Below, piece by piece: positions 53,338 through 62,262 of a DNA stretch of 64,000 bases; within the stretch, counting starts at the first letter, position 1; each line of letters starts with the position of its first letter. Source of the DNA: Myxococcota bacterium (GTDB lineage: Bacteria > Myxococcota_A > Polyangia > Polyangiales > Ga0077539); assembly GCA_052035985.1 (NCBI GenBank), contig JBPOHC010000544.1, forward strand, positions 1,597 to 65,596. The letters are read 5' to 3'. Both the position numbers and the translations under genes were made by a program. The notes under the pieces were generated by a model. That model worked only from the letters and a program-made list of their open reading frames with translations, had not been told where the DNA came from and searched no databases.

Positions 53338-54099
53338 TCACCCGACGTCGCGCGTCGCCCTCCTCGCGGCGCGCACCCTCGACAGCATCCCCACAGCGAT
53401 AAGCCTCTCTCCGATGATCACCGTCACGGAGAGCTCGCGCGTCGTCGCGAGCGCGGTGAGCTCCTCGGCGTGATCTTCGCGCATGAGGTCCGCGCCTCTC
53501 GCGAGCGGCGCGAGCGCGGGCAGGCACAACATCCCCGACGCGTACGCGAACGCGGGGACCCTCGCGCGCGCCCCCGCGCCGTCGTCGAGCGAGAGCGCGG
53601 GGTGCATATGCCCGAGCACGAGCCTCCCGCCGCGTCCGATGGCGAGCGCGCGCTCGCCGCGCAGCCGATCGACGCCCTCGTCGCCGTGCATCACGAGGTG
53701 AGCGCCCACGGAGCACGCGTCGGTCATCTCGACGCCGCGTCGCGCGAGCAGATCATCCGATCCGCGGTCGTGGTTGCCTGGAACCACCGAGAGCGCGCGT
53801 CCTCCGAGCGCGTCGAGGAGCGCGTCGAGCGGCGACCTCGCGCCCGCGCGCGCGGCGAACGCCGGACGGCCGTGCACGAGGTCTCCCGCGACGATCACGC
53901 GCGCGACGTCGACCTGCGACATCATCGAGCGGAGCCGCGCGAGGAGCGCGTCGTCACCCTGCGCGGGCAGCGTGTAACCCCTGCGTTGCAGCGTCTGGAC
54001 GTAGCCCGCGTGGAGGTCGGCCACGACGAGCGCGCGCGCCGAAGGGACGTACGCGCCGCCCGGCGCGAGGAGCGTGAGGTCGTCGTCGAGGGCGATCAC
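53338..54099 (-). CDS. pdeM: ligase-associated DNA damage response metallophosphoesterase PdeM-like (253 aa)
   Basis: GTG start in a GTGA overlap with the helicase stop. ALVVADLHAGY...RVIVAGDLVHG...VVPGNHD...MHGD calcineurin-like motifs in the PdeM arrangement. Confidence 0.8.
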   Translation of the reverse strand: MIALDDDLTLLAPGGAYVPSARALVVADLHAGYVQTLQRRGYTLPAQGDDALLARLRSMMSQVDVARVIVAGDLVHGRPAFAARAGARSPLDALLDALGGRALSVVPGNHDRGSDDLLARRGVEMTDACSVGAHLVMHGDEGVDRLRGERALAIGRGGRLVLGHMHPALSLDDGAGARARVPAFAYASGMLCLPALAPLARGADLMREDHAEELTALATTRELSVTVIIGERLIAVGMLSRVRAARRATRDVG

Positions 54100-56672
54100 G
54101 CGTCGTCTCCGGCGAGGGCCGCGGCGCGTTGAAAGAGCGCGTGCGCCGCGGCTGCGAGCGCCGACTCGGGGTCGTCGGGCGCGACGGTGTCACGCGCGGC
54201 CCACGCGAACACGGGGATCGCGATGGGCGACGGGCCTTCGAGCGTGGCGATGTGCCAGGGGCGTCGCGCGAGCTCGGCGAGGCGTCGCTCGGCGCGCGGG
54301 CCGTCGAGCGCGGTCCACACGGTGAAGCGCAGCGCGCGGAGGAGCACGTGATCGGAGTCGTACTTACGGAGCACGTCGTAGAGGAGTCCCGGCGTGACCG
54401 TCCCGCGTGCGCGCTCGGGCGTCCAGAGCTGCGCGACGCGCGCCACCTCGCGGAAGTACGCCGCCGCGAGCACGCTCCCGTCGAGCGAGTTGAGGAGGTC
54501 GTCGAAGAGCTCGTGCGGCGAGAACCACGCGCGCAGCGTCTCTTCATCGGGCTCGCGCTTGAGGCCCGTGAGCGTCACGCACGCGCACTCGTCGCTCACC
54601 GACACCTCGCAGCCGAGGCCCGTGGCGCCGCGCACGCGCGCCCCGACGGCTCGCGCGATCACCTCGTTGGCCATCGAGCCGGCGAGCGTGAGCGCCGCGA
54701 CGTGGAGCTTCTTGCCCTCGCGCACGCGCTCGATCACGAAGCGCTTCGAAGTGGGCAGCGCCGACACGGCCCGCTGCGTGTGAATGAGCGTTCGTACGGC
54801 CCGCGCGTTGTCGACGCCCGTCGAGAGCGCGGCGCGCAAGGTCTCGACCTCGTCTGCGGGAGCGCGCTTCACGGCGTCTTCGAGGGCGCCCCAGAGGCGC
54901 TCGCACGACGCGCTCACGGGCTCGCTCTGCGACGCCCTCGCACCCGCCCACGAGGGCACCGTGGTGGAGCTGTTGCGCGCGGGCCTCACCTGGATCTCTC
55001 CCGCGGAGAGCGAGGCCACGCGCCACACCCGCGCGCCGAGCACGAAGTGATCGCCGACCTCGAGGAGCCCCGCGAAGCGCCCCTCGACCTGACCGACGGT
55101 CATCGCGCCGTTGCGCACGGGCACGGCGACGTCGCCGACGATGGTGCCCACGGCCTGCATGTATCGACGCAGCGATCGCTTGCTCGCGATGGCCCACCGC
55201 TCGCCGTCGGTCACGATGCGCGCGAGCTCGGGGTAGGCCGCGAGCCCGTCGCCGCCCGTGGCGAGGTAGTTGAGCACGTCGTCGAGGTCGTCGTCGTCGA
55301 GGTCGCGAAAGGGCCACGCGGCGCGGATCGTCGACGCGATCTCGTCGCGCGAGCATGGCGAGAGCGCGACGCGCGCGAGGACGGCCTGCGCGACCACGTC
55401 GAGGTCGTAGGCGCGGAGGTCGACGTCTTCGAGGTCGCCGCGTCGCGCGGCGTCGAGCACGGCGACGCAGCGCACGAGGTCGAGCGCGCTCGTGGGCACC
55501 ACCGTCGCGCGAGGGGCGCAGCCGGGGCGGTGATCGGCGCGCCCCGCGGCCTGGAGGAGCCGCGTCACGGATGGCGGAGACGACAGCACCATCACGCGCG
55601 ACACGGCGGGCAGGTCGACGCCGACCTCGAGCCCGCTCGTGGCGACGACGGCGCGCAGCGAGCGTGCGGCGACACCCTCGGCGACGGCGCCGCGCTCCTC
55701 GGCCGAGAGCGAGCCGTGGAAGCAGGCCACCGACATCCGCGCGGGGAGCACGTCACGGAGCGCGAGCGTCCATTGTTCTGCGCGGGCGCGCGCGCTGACG
55801 AAGACGAGCGAGGTGCCGTCGCTCGACGCGAGCGCCCTCGCCACCGTGGGGAGCGCCGCGCGCCACAGCCACGAGCCCGACGGAAAGGCCGAGTCCATCA
55901 CCGGGTCCGCGAGGTCGAGCGCGGGAGCTTCTCCGCCGCCCGCTTCGATCACGCGCGTCTCGTCGGAGACCCACGAGGCGAGCGTCGCGAGGGGCTTCAC
56001 CGTGGCGCTCATCGCGACGCGCCGCGGACGCGCTCGACCCTGCGAGATCACGTGCGCGTCGAGCACCGCGAGCGTCGCCGCGAAGAGCGCGCCGCGCTTG
56101 CCCGCCGCGAGGAGGTGCACCTCGTCGAGCACGACGGACTCCACGGCCGAGAGCGTCGCGCGCGTGTCCGTTGCGAGCATCACCGCGAGCGTCTCGGGCG
56201 TGGTGATGAGCACCTCGGGCGGCGAGCGACGGAGCTTCGCGCGGTGGTGGCTCGTGCTGTCACCCGTGCGCGCGTCGACGCGGACGCGCGCGTCGAGGCC
56301 CTTCGCGAGCTCCGCGATGCCCTTCGTGTGACCGTCGACGAGCGCGCGAACGGGCGCGACGTAGAGGATCCGCGCGCTGACGGGGCGCTCGGTCTCCTTG
56401 TCAAGACGCGAGTCGAGCGAGGCGATGAGCGGGAGCATCACCGCAGCGGTTTTTCCGCTGCCCGTGGGGGCCGTGACGAGCAAGGGCCCCGGCGTCGCGA
56501 GCGCTGCGAACACAGCGCGCTGCACGGGCGTCGGCGACATCGACCGCTCGCGCAGCCACGCGACGGATCGATCGACGGCATCGTCGTGACCAGCGTCACT
56601 CCTGCGCACTCGGGTCTTGCGCCCCCGCGCAAGGGGTTCAGAATGCGAAGCGTCGACGGAGCGCCGGACCAT
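54096..56672 (-). CDS. Lhr-like / ligase-associated DEXH-box helicase (~858 aa)
   Basis: PTPVQRAV, APTGSGKT, VVLDEVHLL (DEVH), MSAT, helicase-C (VVATSGLEVGVDLP, QAAGRADH), long Lhr-type C-terminal domain. Start ATG 56672 chosen; GTG 56720 is possible. Confidence 0.85.
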   Translation of the reverse strand: MVRRSVDASHSEPLARGRKTRVRRSDAGHDDAVDRSVAWLRERSMSPTPVQRAVFAALATPGPLLVTAPTGSGKTAAVMLPLIASLDSRLDKETERPVSARILYVAPVRALVDGHTKGIAELAKGLDARVRVDARTGDSTSHHRAKLRRSPPEVLITTPETLAVMLATDTRATLSAVESVVLDEVHLLAAGKRGALFAATLAVLDAHVISQGRARPRRVAMSATVKPLATLASWVSDETRVIEAGGGEAPALDLADPVMDSAFPSGSWLWRAALPTVARALASSDGTSLVFVSARARAEQWTLALRDVLPARMSVACFHGSLSAEERGAVAEGVAARSLRAVVATSGLEVGVDLPAVSRVMVLSSPPSVTRLLQAAGRADHRPGCAPRATVVPTSALDLVRCVAVLDAARRGDLEDVDLRAYDLDVVAQAVLARVALSPCSRDEIASTIRAAWPFRDLDDDDLDDVLNYLATGGDGLAAYPELARIVTDGERWAIASKRSLRRYMQAVGTIVGDVAVPVRNGAMTVGQVEGRFAGLLEVGDHFVLGARVWRVASLSAGEIQVRPARNSSTTVPSWAGARASQSEPVSASCERLWGALEDAVKRAPADEVETLRAALSTGVDNARAVRTLIHTQRAVSALPTSKRFVIERVREGKKLHVAALTLAGSMANEVIARAVGARVRGATGLGCEVSVSDECACVTLTGLKREPDEETLRAWFSPHELFDDLLNSLDGSVLAAAYFREVARVAQLWTPERARGTVTPGLLYDVLRKYDSDHVLLRALRFTVWTALDGPRAERRLAELARRPWHIATLEGPSPIAIPVFAWAARDTVAPDDPESALAAAAHALFQRAAALAGDDA

Positions 56673-56804
56673 GAGAGAGCCGACGGGTGTATCACCCTCT
56701 CCGTGACAGATGAACAGCACCCTTCGGGGCTTGCACCTCCCCCCGAAAATGCCGTTGAATCAACCGCTAAGACCGCGTGAAAAGTGATCGAGGGGATTAT
56801 GGCG

Positions 56805-57092
56805 ATGCCGAGCGTTCATGGTAGTGTCGCTCCCGTGGAGGTCGTGCTCCGCAAGCTCGGTCCGAAACCAGGTCGCCCCGTCATCGGGAGGCTCGTTCGC
56901 GCCCCTCGTCGTGGCGCGGTGGTGGTCATCGAGTTCCCCGACGGGCTGCACGAGTACGTGACCACGCCGGTGCGTCGCATCCTTCGCGTCGCGGGGCAGG
57001 AGGTCTACTACCTCCAGACCACGAATAGCCGCTATCGGCTCGAAGTTCGCCGCGCGGCGCCCTCGTCTTCCGAGACCTCCCAGGCTCGCTGA
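56805..57092 (+). CDS. small hypothetical protein (~95 aa), candidate
   Basis: GAGGGG SD 9 nt before ATG 56805 (alternatives 56799, 56784). Plausible beta-rich core VVVIEFPDGLHEYVTTPVRRILRVAGQEVYYLQTTNSRYRLEV. No family recognised. Confidence 0.45.
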   Translation: MPSVHGSVAPVEVVLRKLGPKPGRPVIGRLVRAPRRGAVVVIEFPDGLHEYVTTPVRRILRVAGQEVYYLQTTNSRYRLEVRRAAPSSSETSQAR

Positions 57093-57097
57093 GCGCG

Positions 57098-57129
57098 TCT
57101 CTCTCTCCGCGCTTCTCTCTCTCTCTCTC
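57098..57129. repeat. (CT)n polypyrimidine microsatellite
   Basis: tctctctctcc gcgc ttctctctctctctctc, followed by aaatctcctttc. Lies in the 47-nt gap between convergent genes. Confidence 0.9.
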
Positions 57130-57139
57130 AAATCTCCTT

Positions 57140-57967
57140 TCAGACACGAACGTTCGAGATGACCTCTCCGAGTCGCTCCACGAGCGAGCCGCAGAGCGCG
57201 GTCACCCACGCGACGCCGTCGGGCTTCGGATCACCCGTCGCTTCGTTCATGTAGAGCGCGCGGTTGAGCTCGATCTGGATGGCGTGAAAGCCCTCGTGGG
57301 GGCGCCCCCAGCGCACCGTCGTCGCGCCACCGCGGTAGGGATCGTCGTGTCGCACGCTGAGCCCCGCGGATCGAAAGTGCGCGTCGACCGCGTCGATGAG
57401 CGCGCGCGCGGCGGTGGTGCGGCCCTGCGTTCCTGGGACGACGTCGGCGCGGCGGACGCGCGGGCCGCCGTGCGGTGACGGCGCGGTCGACGGCATGGAG
57501 TGAGCCGCTACGAGGAGCGCGCGCCCGTGACGCGCGCGCAGCGACGTGAGCGCCTCGCGCAGCGCGCCGTGATACGGGCGGTAGTACGTCGCGAGCCGCG
57601 CTTCGAAATCGCCGCGCGAGATCGGGCTCCGCAGCGCGGCCTTGCCGTCGCCGCTCTCGCGCCAGATCACCCCGCGGGGGAACTCCTTCTCGCGTTGCGC
57701 GACGCCTCGCACGGCCCACTCGTCGACGTCGGTGTCGTCGCGGTTCAGGTCGACCACGTAGCGCGACGCGCAGGCCGCGAGCAGCGTCGCGCCGTGCGAC
57801 GGGGCGTCGCGGTAGAGCTCGTCGACGTAGGAGTCCGCGTCGCGTCGGATCGCGTCGGCGCTCACGAGCAGCGTCGCGCGCACCTCCTCGGGCAACGCCA
57901 CGCTCGCGTGAGGGACCTCGACCACGACGGGCACCTCCCTCTCTCGCGGTCGCACCAGTCGGAACAT
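57140..57967 (-). CDS. N-formylglutamate amidohydrolase family protein (275 aa)
   Basis: Start MFRLVRP. VEVPHAS, SRYVVDLNR, LVAAHSMP, AIQIELNR pattern of the FGase family. Confidence 0.8.
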   Translation of the reverse strand: MFRLVRPREREVPVVVEVPHASVALPEEVRATLLVSADAIRRDADSYVDELYRDAPSHGATLLAACASRYVVDLNRDDTDVDEWAVRGVAQREKEFPRGVIWRESGDGKAALRSPISRGDFEARLATYYRPYHGALREALTSLRARHGRALLVAAHSMPSTAPSPHGGPRVRRADVVPGTQGRTTAARALIDAVDAHFRSAGLSVRHDDPYRGGATTVRWGRPHEGFHAIQIELNRALYMNEATGDPKPDGVAWVTALCGSLVERLGEVISNVRV

Positions 57968-57997
57968 CGACGCCCCCCCCAACAACCGCAGCGATGT

Positions 57998-59995
57998 CTA
58001 CCCGCGCATGGCCTTCGCAGCGCGCTCGATCCACGCGGCCAGATGCGGATCGGTGGGGCCCTCGGGCGCCTCGCACGGAGCCAGCCACGCGGGGCCGCGC
58101 TCGTCGTCTCCGCGGACGCGCAGCACCACGCCGTCGAGCGCACCGAAGCGTCCGTCACGCGCCAGGAGCGGCAGCACGTCGGGGCCCGTCGAGCGCCTCG
58201 GAGACGCGATCCAGCCCATGCGCTCGCCCGTCGGCAGCGCGCCGCTCCACCCCGCGACGCGGTGGTCGACGGGGTCCGTGGTCGTCGTCGAGAGCGTCGC
58301 GAGCCACGCGCCCACGGTGCCGTCGCCCTCGCCGTCAGGGAGCGTGAGCGCGTCGCGCGCGAGGGCCTCTCGCAGCGTCGTGAGGGGCGTGTCGAGCCGA
58401 ACGGTCACGTGCCGCGAGACCGCGTCGACGACGATCGCCTCGGGCGCCTCGGGGCCTCGCGTGAGCGCCTCGCTCGCATCGGGAACGAGCGCGCCTCGCA
58501 CGAGCACGCCGCTCGGATCGGCCGCGCTGCGGAGCGCTTCGAGCACGCGCACGCCCGCGCCCCACTCCATCCCCATCGCAGAGCGCTTCGAACGTCCGAC
58601 GCCGTGGTGGTGCGCCACGGTGCCGCCGGCCTCGTGCGCCGCGGTGAGCGCGCGCTTCCACGTGGCGTCGTAGGTGACGGTCGCGTCGGCGTCGGTCTTC
58701 GAAGCGCCCGCGAAGGTGAAATAGATCGAGCATCCGTCGGGGTACGCGTGGCTCATGTGGGCCATCACGAAGCCGCCGCCGCCGAGCGCCTCGCGCACGC
58801 TCTCGTAGAGCGCGCCGAGGCGAGACCACGGCGCGGCGACCTCCATCGTGTCGGCCCACACGCCGCGGGCGTACGTGGGCGGCTGGCGGTAGCTCACGGC
58901 GTGACGGCGCACGAGCCACCGTCGCCACGCGGCGTCTCCCGCGTCGCGTCCTGCGGCGCCGAGGCAGAGCGAGCGGGCGCGCGCGAGGGCGTCGTCGACG
59001 GGCTCGGCGTCGGTGGCTTCGAACACCACGATGAGCAGCGAGCGGCCGTAGACGTGATCGGCGAGCGTGTGCGCGACGGCGTTGACGGCGCGGGGGTGGT
59101 CGAGCACGCGGCGCAGCACCGCCTCGAGGCGCGGATCTCTGCGGCCCGGCGAGGGCTTCGGCTCGCCCGGCGCGTCGTGCGAGGTCGAGCCCTGGAGGAA
59201 GAGCCACGTGTCGAAGGGGTCGTAGAGGCGCGTGACCGCCGGGCGCAGGCCCGCTTGATAGAGCGCGCGGATGGCGCCCCACGCGTCGCGCATCGCGCTG
59301 AAGGTGAACGCGAGGCCCTTCCACTGCGTCGGCGCGGGCCACACGCGGAGCGTCGCGCGCGTGAGGAAGCCGAAGGTCCCTTCGCTGCCCACGAGGAGCG
59401 GGCGCATGTCGGCGTCGCCGTCGCGTGGCGCGGCGGCGCGAAAGGGCTCGCCGTCGCCGAGCACGCCCTCGACGCCGAGCACCATGTCCTCGATCTTGCC
59501 GTAGCGCCCGGAGCACTGGCCCGCCGAACGCGTCGCGACCCAACCCCCCACCGTCGAGCAGTAGATCGATGACGGGAAATGTCCGAGCGTCGCGCCCCTC
59601 CGACGCAGCCGCTCCTCGAGGTGCTCCCCGAGGTAGCCCGCCTCGACGGTGCAGCGCCCGCGGGCGACGTCGACGTCGGTGAGCGCGCGCATGCGCTTCA
59701 TGTCGACGGCCACCACGTCGCGGCCCGGCTGGATCGCGCCGACGACCCCGCTGCCCGCGCCGTAGGGGATGAGCGACACGCCGCTCGTGGCAGCGAAGCG
59801 CAGGAGCGTCGAGAGCTGCGCGTCGGTCTCGGGCCACACGACGGCGCGCGGACCCGACGGGCGAGGGAGGTCGCCGCGCGTCGCGATGAGCTGGCGGGGC
59901 CACAGGTCGTGGGCGTAGGCGCTGCGGTCGGCGCCGTCGGTCGAGACGGCGTCAGGCGAGAGCAGCGCGGCGAGGTCTCGGGCGAGCGGGTCCAT
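57998..59995 (-). CDS. FAD-linked oxidase (GlcD/AGPS-like) with extra C-terminal partial FAD-binding (GlcE-like) module (665 aa)
   Basis: Start MDPLARD. IPYGAGSGVVG, FAD-oxidase_C ending HHHGVGRSK...DPSGVL. Then ~190 further aa (VVDAVSRHVTVRLDTPLTTLREAL...GTVGAWLA...GPDVLPLLARDGRFGALDGVVLRV). Confidence 0.85.
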   Translation of the reverse strand: MDPLARDLAALLSPDAVSTDGADRSAYAHDLWPRQLIATRGDLPRPSGPRAVVWPETDAQLSTLLRFAATSGVSLIPYGAGSGVVGAIQPGRDVVAVDMKRMRALTDVDVARGRCTVEAGYLGEHLEERLRRRGATLGHFPSSIYCSTVGGWVATRSAGQCSGRYGKIEDMVLGVEGVLGDGEPFRAAAPRDGDADMRPLLVGSEGTFGFLTRATLRVWPAPTQWKGLAFTFSAMRDAWGAIRALYQAGLRPAVTRLYDPFDTWLFLQGSTSHDAPGEPKPSPGRRDPRLEAVLRRVLDHPRAVNAVAHTLADHVYGRSLLIVVFEATDAEPVDDALARARSLCLGAAGRDAGDAAWRRWLVRRHAVSYRQPPTYARGVWADTMEVAAPWSRLGALYESVREALGGGGFVMAHMSHAYPDGCSIYFTFAGASKTDADATVTYDATWKRALTAAHEAGGTVAHHHGVGRSKRSAMGMEWGAGVRVLEALRSAADPSGVLVRGALVPDASEALTRGPEAPEAIVVDAVSRHVTVRLDTPLTTLREALARDALTLPDGEGDGTVGAWLATLSTTTTDPVDHRVAGWSGALPTGERMGWIASPRRSTGPDVLPLLARDGRFGALDGVVLRVRGDDERGPAWLAPCEAPEGPTDPHLAAWIERAAKAMRG

Positions 59996-60047
59996 CGGTG
60001 GTGAGCGGCGAGTGTCGCGCGACGCGGGACGTCGGCACAACGACAAC

Positions 60048-61697
60048 TCACCGCAGGCGCTGCGTCACCAGCAGGCGCGTCTCGGCGAGGTTGAGCCGGT
60101 GCCACGTCGACCAGGGCCCCTGGCGCTCCAGCGCGTCGAGCGCGCGGATCGCCCCGGCGGGGTCTCCGTCGCGCGCGACGAAGCGGAGGTGCTGCGTCCG
60201 GCGGTCGAGCGTGACGCCCTCCCGCGCGAGCATCGTCGCGTACGCCTCGTGCGCCTCGGGCAGCCGTCCCTCGCGCTCCAGGGCCTTCGCGATGCAGCCC
60301 CAGGGCTCGGCCCATCGAGGCATCGCGCGCGACGCGTGACGGCACCGCCGCAGCGCGAGGAAGGGCGCCCCGTGCGCGATGTGGACCTCGCCGTACGCGA
60401 CCTGCGCGACGGCGCTGTCGCGGTGCACCTGCGACGCGTCGAGCATGAGCATCTCCGTCGACGCCCACACCGCGTGGCGCGACGCGGTGAGCGCCGTGAG
60501 CGCGAGGAGGACCACCGCGAGCGCCGACGCCGCGACGAGCGTGCCGACGCGATGGGCGACGCGCGCGAAGGCCGCGCCGAAGAGCACGCAGGCCCCCGCG
60601 GAGGCCATGTACCACCCGTGCTCCGAGAAGGGCCGCGCGAGCACGAAGGGGACGTTCACCGCGACGAGGCCCGCGACGAGGGTCCACGTCGCCGCGTCGC
60701 CGAGCGCGTGACGTCGGCGCCAGCTCCACGCGGTGAGCGCGGCGAGCGCGGCGAGCACGCCCGCGCCGAGCGCCACGTCGGCGTCGAGCTTCGAAGACGG
60801 CAGGATCGCGCCCGGCGCATAGTCGGGCAGGAGGTCGAGGGGGGCCATCGTGAGGCGCGTGGCCTTGCCGAAGGTGCGGGCGGCGGTGATCGCGCGCTGC
60901 GCCGTCGAGGCGCCCGAGAGCGGGTTGTAGAGCGAGAGGTCGCGCCGCGAGCCCGGTCCGAGCGCGTGGGTGCGCAGCGCGATGTAGGCCACGAGCGAGA
61001 ACGCGTAGCCCGCGTAGCGAGTCGGCCACGTCCTCCAGGCGACGCCGTCGCGCGCGTCGCGGATCATCACCAGCGCGAGCGCCGCGAGGGTGAGCTCGCT
61101 CGACAGCGCGCCGAGCAGGAGCGCCGCGGGGGCGCCGACCCGGTGTGTCGAGCCGCCGCGTCCGTGGAGCGTGCACACCGCGGCGGCGGCCAGAAACCCG
61201 AGGATGTCTCCGAGGTTCGTCGCGGGGAACACCGCGTCGGTGTGGAGCGTGTGCGCGGCGAACACCGACCCCGCGACGACGGCGGCGATGTTCGAACCGA
61301 AGCGCCCCCACGCGAAGCGCAGCACGAGCGCCGACGAGAGCGCGTGCAGGAGCGCGCTCAGCGCGTGAAAGAGCCGCGGCGTGCCGTGACCGAGGCGCCA
61401 CACGACGGCCCACACGAGGCTCGTGAGCGGCCTGTACACGCCCGTCTGCCACGAGGCGTCGCGCGGGGCGCCCCACACGTCCGTCGAGAGCGCGCGGAGC
61501 ACCGAGACGGGCGCTCGCACGGCGTCGCTCCGCAGGAGGAGCGACTCGTCTTCGAAGACGAAGCCGAGGCCCGGCGCGCGTCGGTAGATGTAGAGCGCGA
61601 AGAGGGCGACCGCGACCGCCCAGAGCCAGGGGCTCCGGAGGCCGAGCCGCCGCACGAGCCGGTCGAGGTGCGCCGACACCTCGTCGCGTGCAGACAT
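60048..61697 (-). CDS. multi-pass membrane protein, GT-C/PMT-like fold with C-terminal TPR-like region (549 aa)
   Basis: Start MSARDEV. An early loop with FVFEDE (DE motif) after TM1, about 10 TM helices, soluble C-terminal helical repeats. Family assignment is tentative. Confidence 0.7.
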   Translation of the reverse strand: MSARDEVSAHLDRLVRRLGLRSPWLWAVAVALFALYIYRRAPGLGFVFEDESLLLRSDAVRAPVSVLRALSTDVWGAPRDASWQTGVYRPLTSLVWAVVWRLGHGTPRLFHALSALLHALSSALVLRFAWGRFGSNIAAVVAGSVFAAHTLHTDAVFPATNLGDILGFLAAAAVCTLHGRGGSTHRVGAPAALLLGALSSELTLAALALVMIRDARDGVAWRTWPTRYAGYAFSLVAYIALRTHALGPGSRRDLSLYNPLSGASTAQRAITAARTFGKATRLTMAPLDLLPDYAPGAILPSSKLDADVALGAGVLAALAALTAWSWRRRHALGDAATWTLVAGLVAVNVPFVLARPFSEHGWYMASAGACVLFGAAFARVAHRVGTLVAASALAVVLLALTALTASRHAVWASTEMLMLDASQVHRDSAVAQVAYGEVHIAHGAPFLALRRCRHASRAMPRWAEPWGCIAKALEREGRLPEAHEAYATMLAREGVTLDRRTQHLRFVARDGDPAGAIRALDALERQGPWSTWHRLNLAETRLLVTQRLR

Positions 61698-61797
61698 CTC
61701 GTGATGGAAGCCTTCGCGCGCGCCGCGGGTCAAGCGCCATCCGCCGCGGAGGTGACTTCCGCTGTCACCCCTCGGGCCCCGTGTGTACCCTCGCGCG

Positions 61798-62262
61798 ATG
61801 CATCCTAACGAAACCCTCATTCGTAAGTTCTACGAGGCATTCGCGAGGCTCGATGGCAGCGAGATGGCCGCCTGCTACGCGCCCGACGTGAGCTTCTCCG
61901 ACCCCGTGTTTCCTGACCTCCAGGGCCCCCGCGCCGGAGGCATGTGGAAGATGCTCACGGCGCGCGCGAAGGACCTCAAGCTCGCGACCTCGGGCTTTCG
62001 CGCCGACGACCGCACCGGCGAGGCGCACTGGGAGGCCTGGTACACGTTCTCGGGCACCGGCCGCGCGGTGCACAACATCATCGACGCGCGCTTCGAATTC
62101 CGCGACGGGCTCATCGTCCGCCACGTCGACACCTTCGACTTCTGGCGCTGGTCGCGTCAGGCGCTGGGGCTCCCGGGCGTGCTGCTCGGGTGGAGCCCGA
62201 TGCTTCGAAACAAGGTCCGCGCGCAGGCCGCGAAGGGCCTCGACCTCTTTCTCAAGGGCTGA
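61798..62262 (+). CDS. SnoaL-like / NTF2-family protein (154 aa)
   Basis: MHPNETLIRKFYEAFARLDGSEMAACYAPDVSFSDPVF, typical of the SnoaL_2/NTF2 fold. Confidence 0.75.
   Translation: MHPNETLIRKFYEAFARLDGSEMAACYAPDVSFSDPVFPDLQGPRAGGMWKMLTARAKDLKLATSGFRADDRTGEAHWEAWYTFSGTGRAVHNIIDARFEFRDGLIVRHVDTFDFWRWSRQALGLPGVLLGWSPMLRNKVRAQAAKGLDLFLKG

Noticed and set aside
54129-61808. Long ORFs 54129..56780 (+, 883 aa), 57500..59572 (+, 690 aa), 59698..61740 (-, 680 aa), 60012..61808 (+, 598 aa), 58335..59903 (-)
   Set aside because: These are shadow frames of the helicase, FGase, FAD oxidase and membrane-protein genes. Their composition is dominated by R/A/G/E/H/P and lacks helicase, Rossmann or TM patterns.
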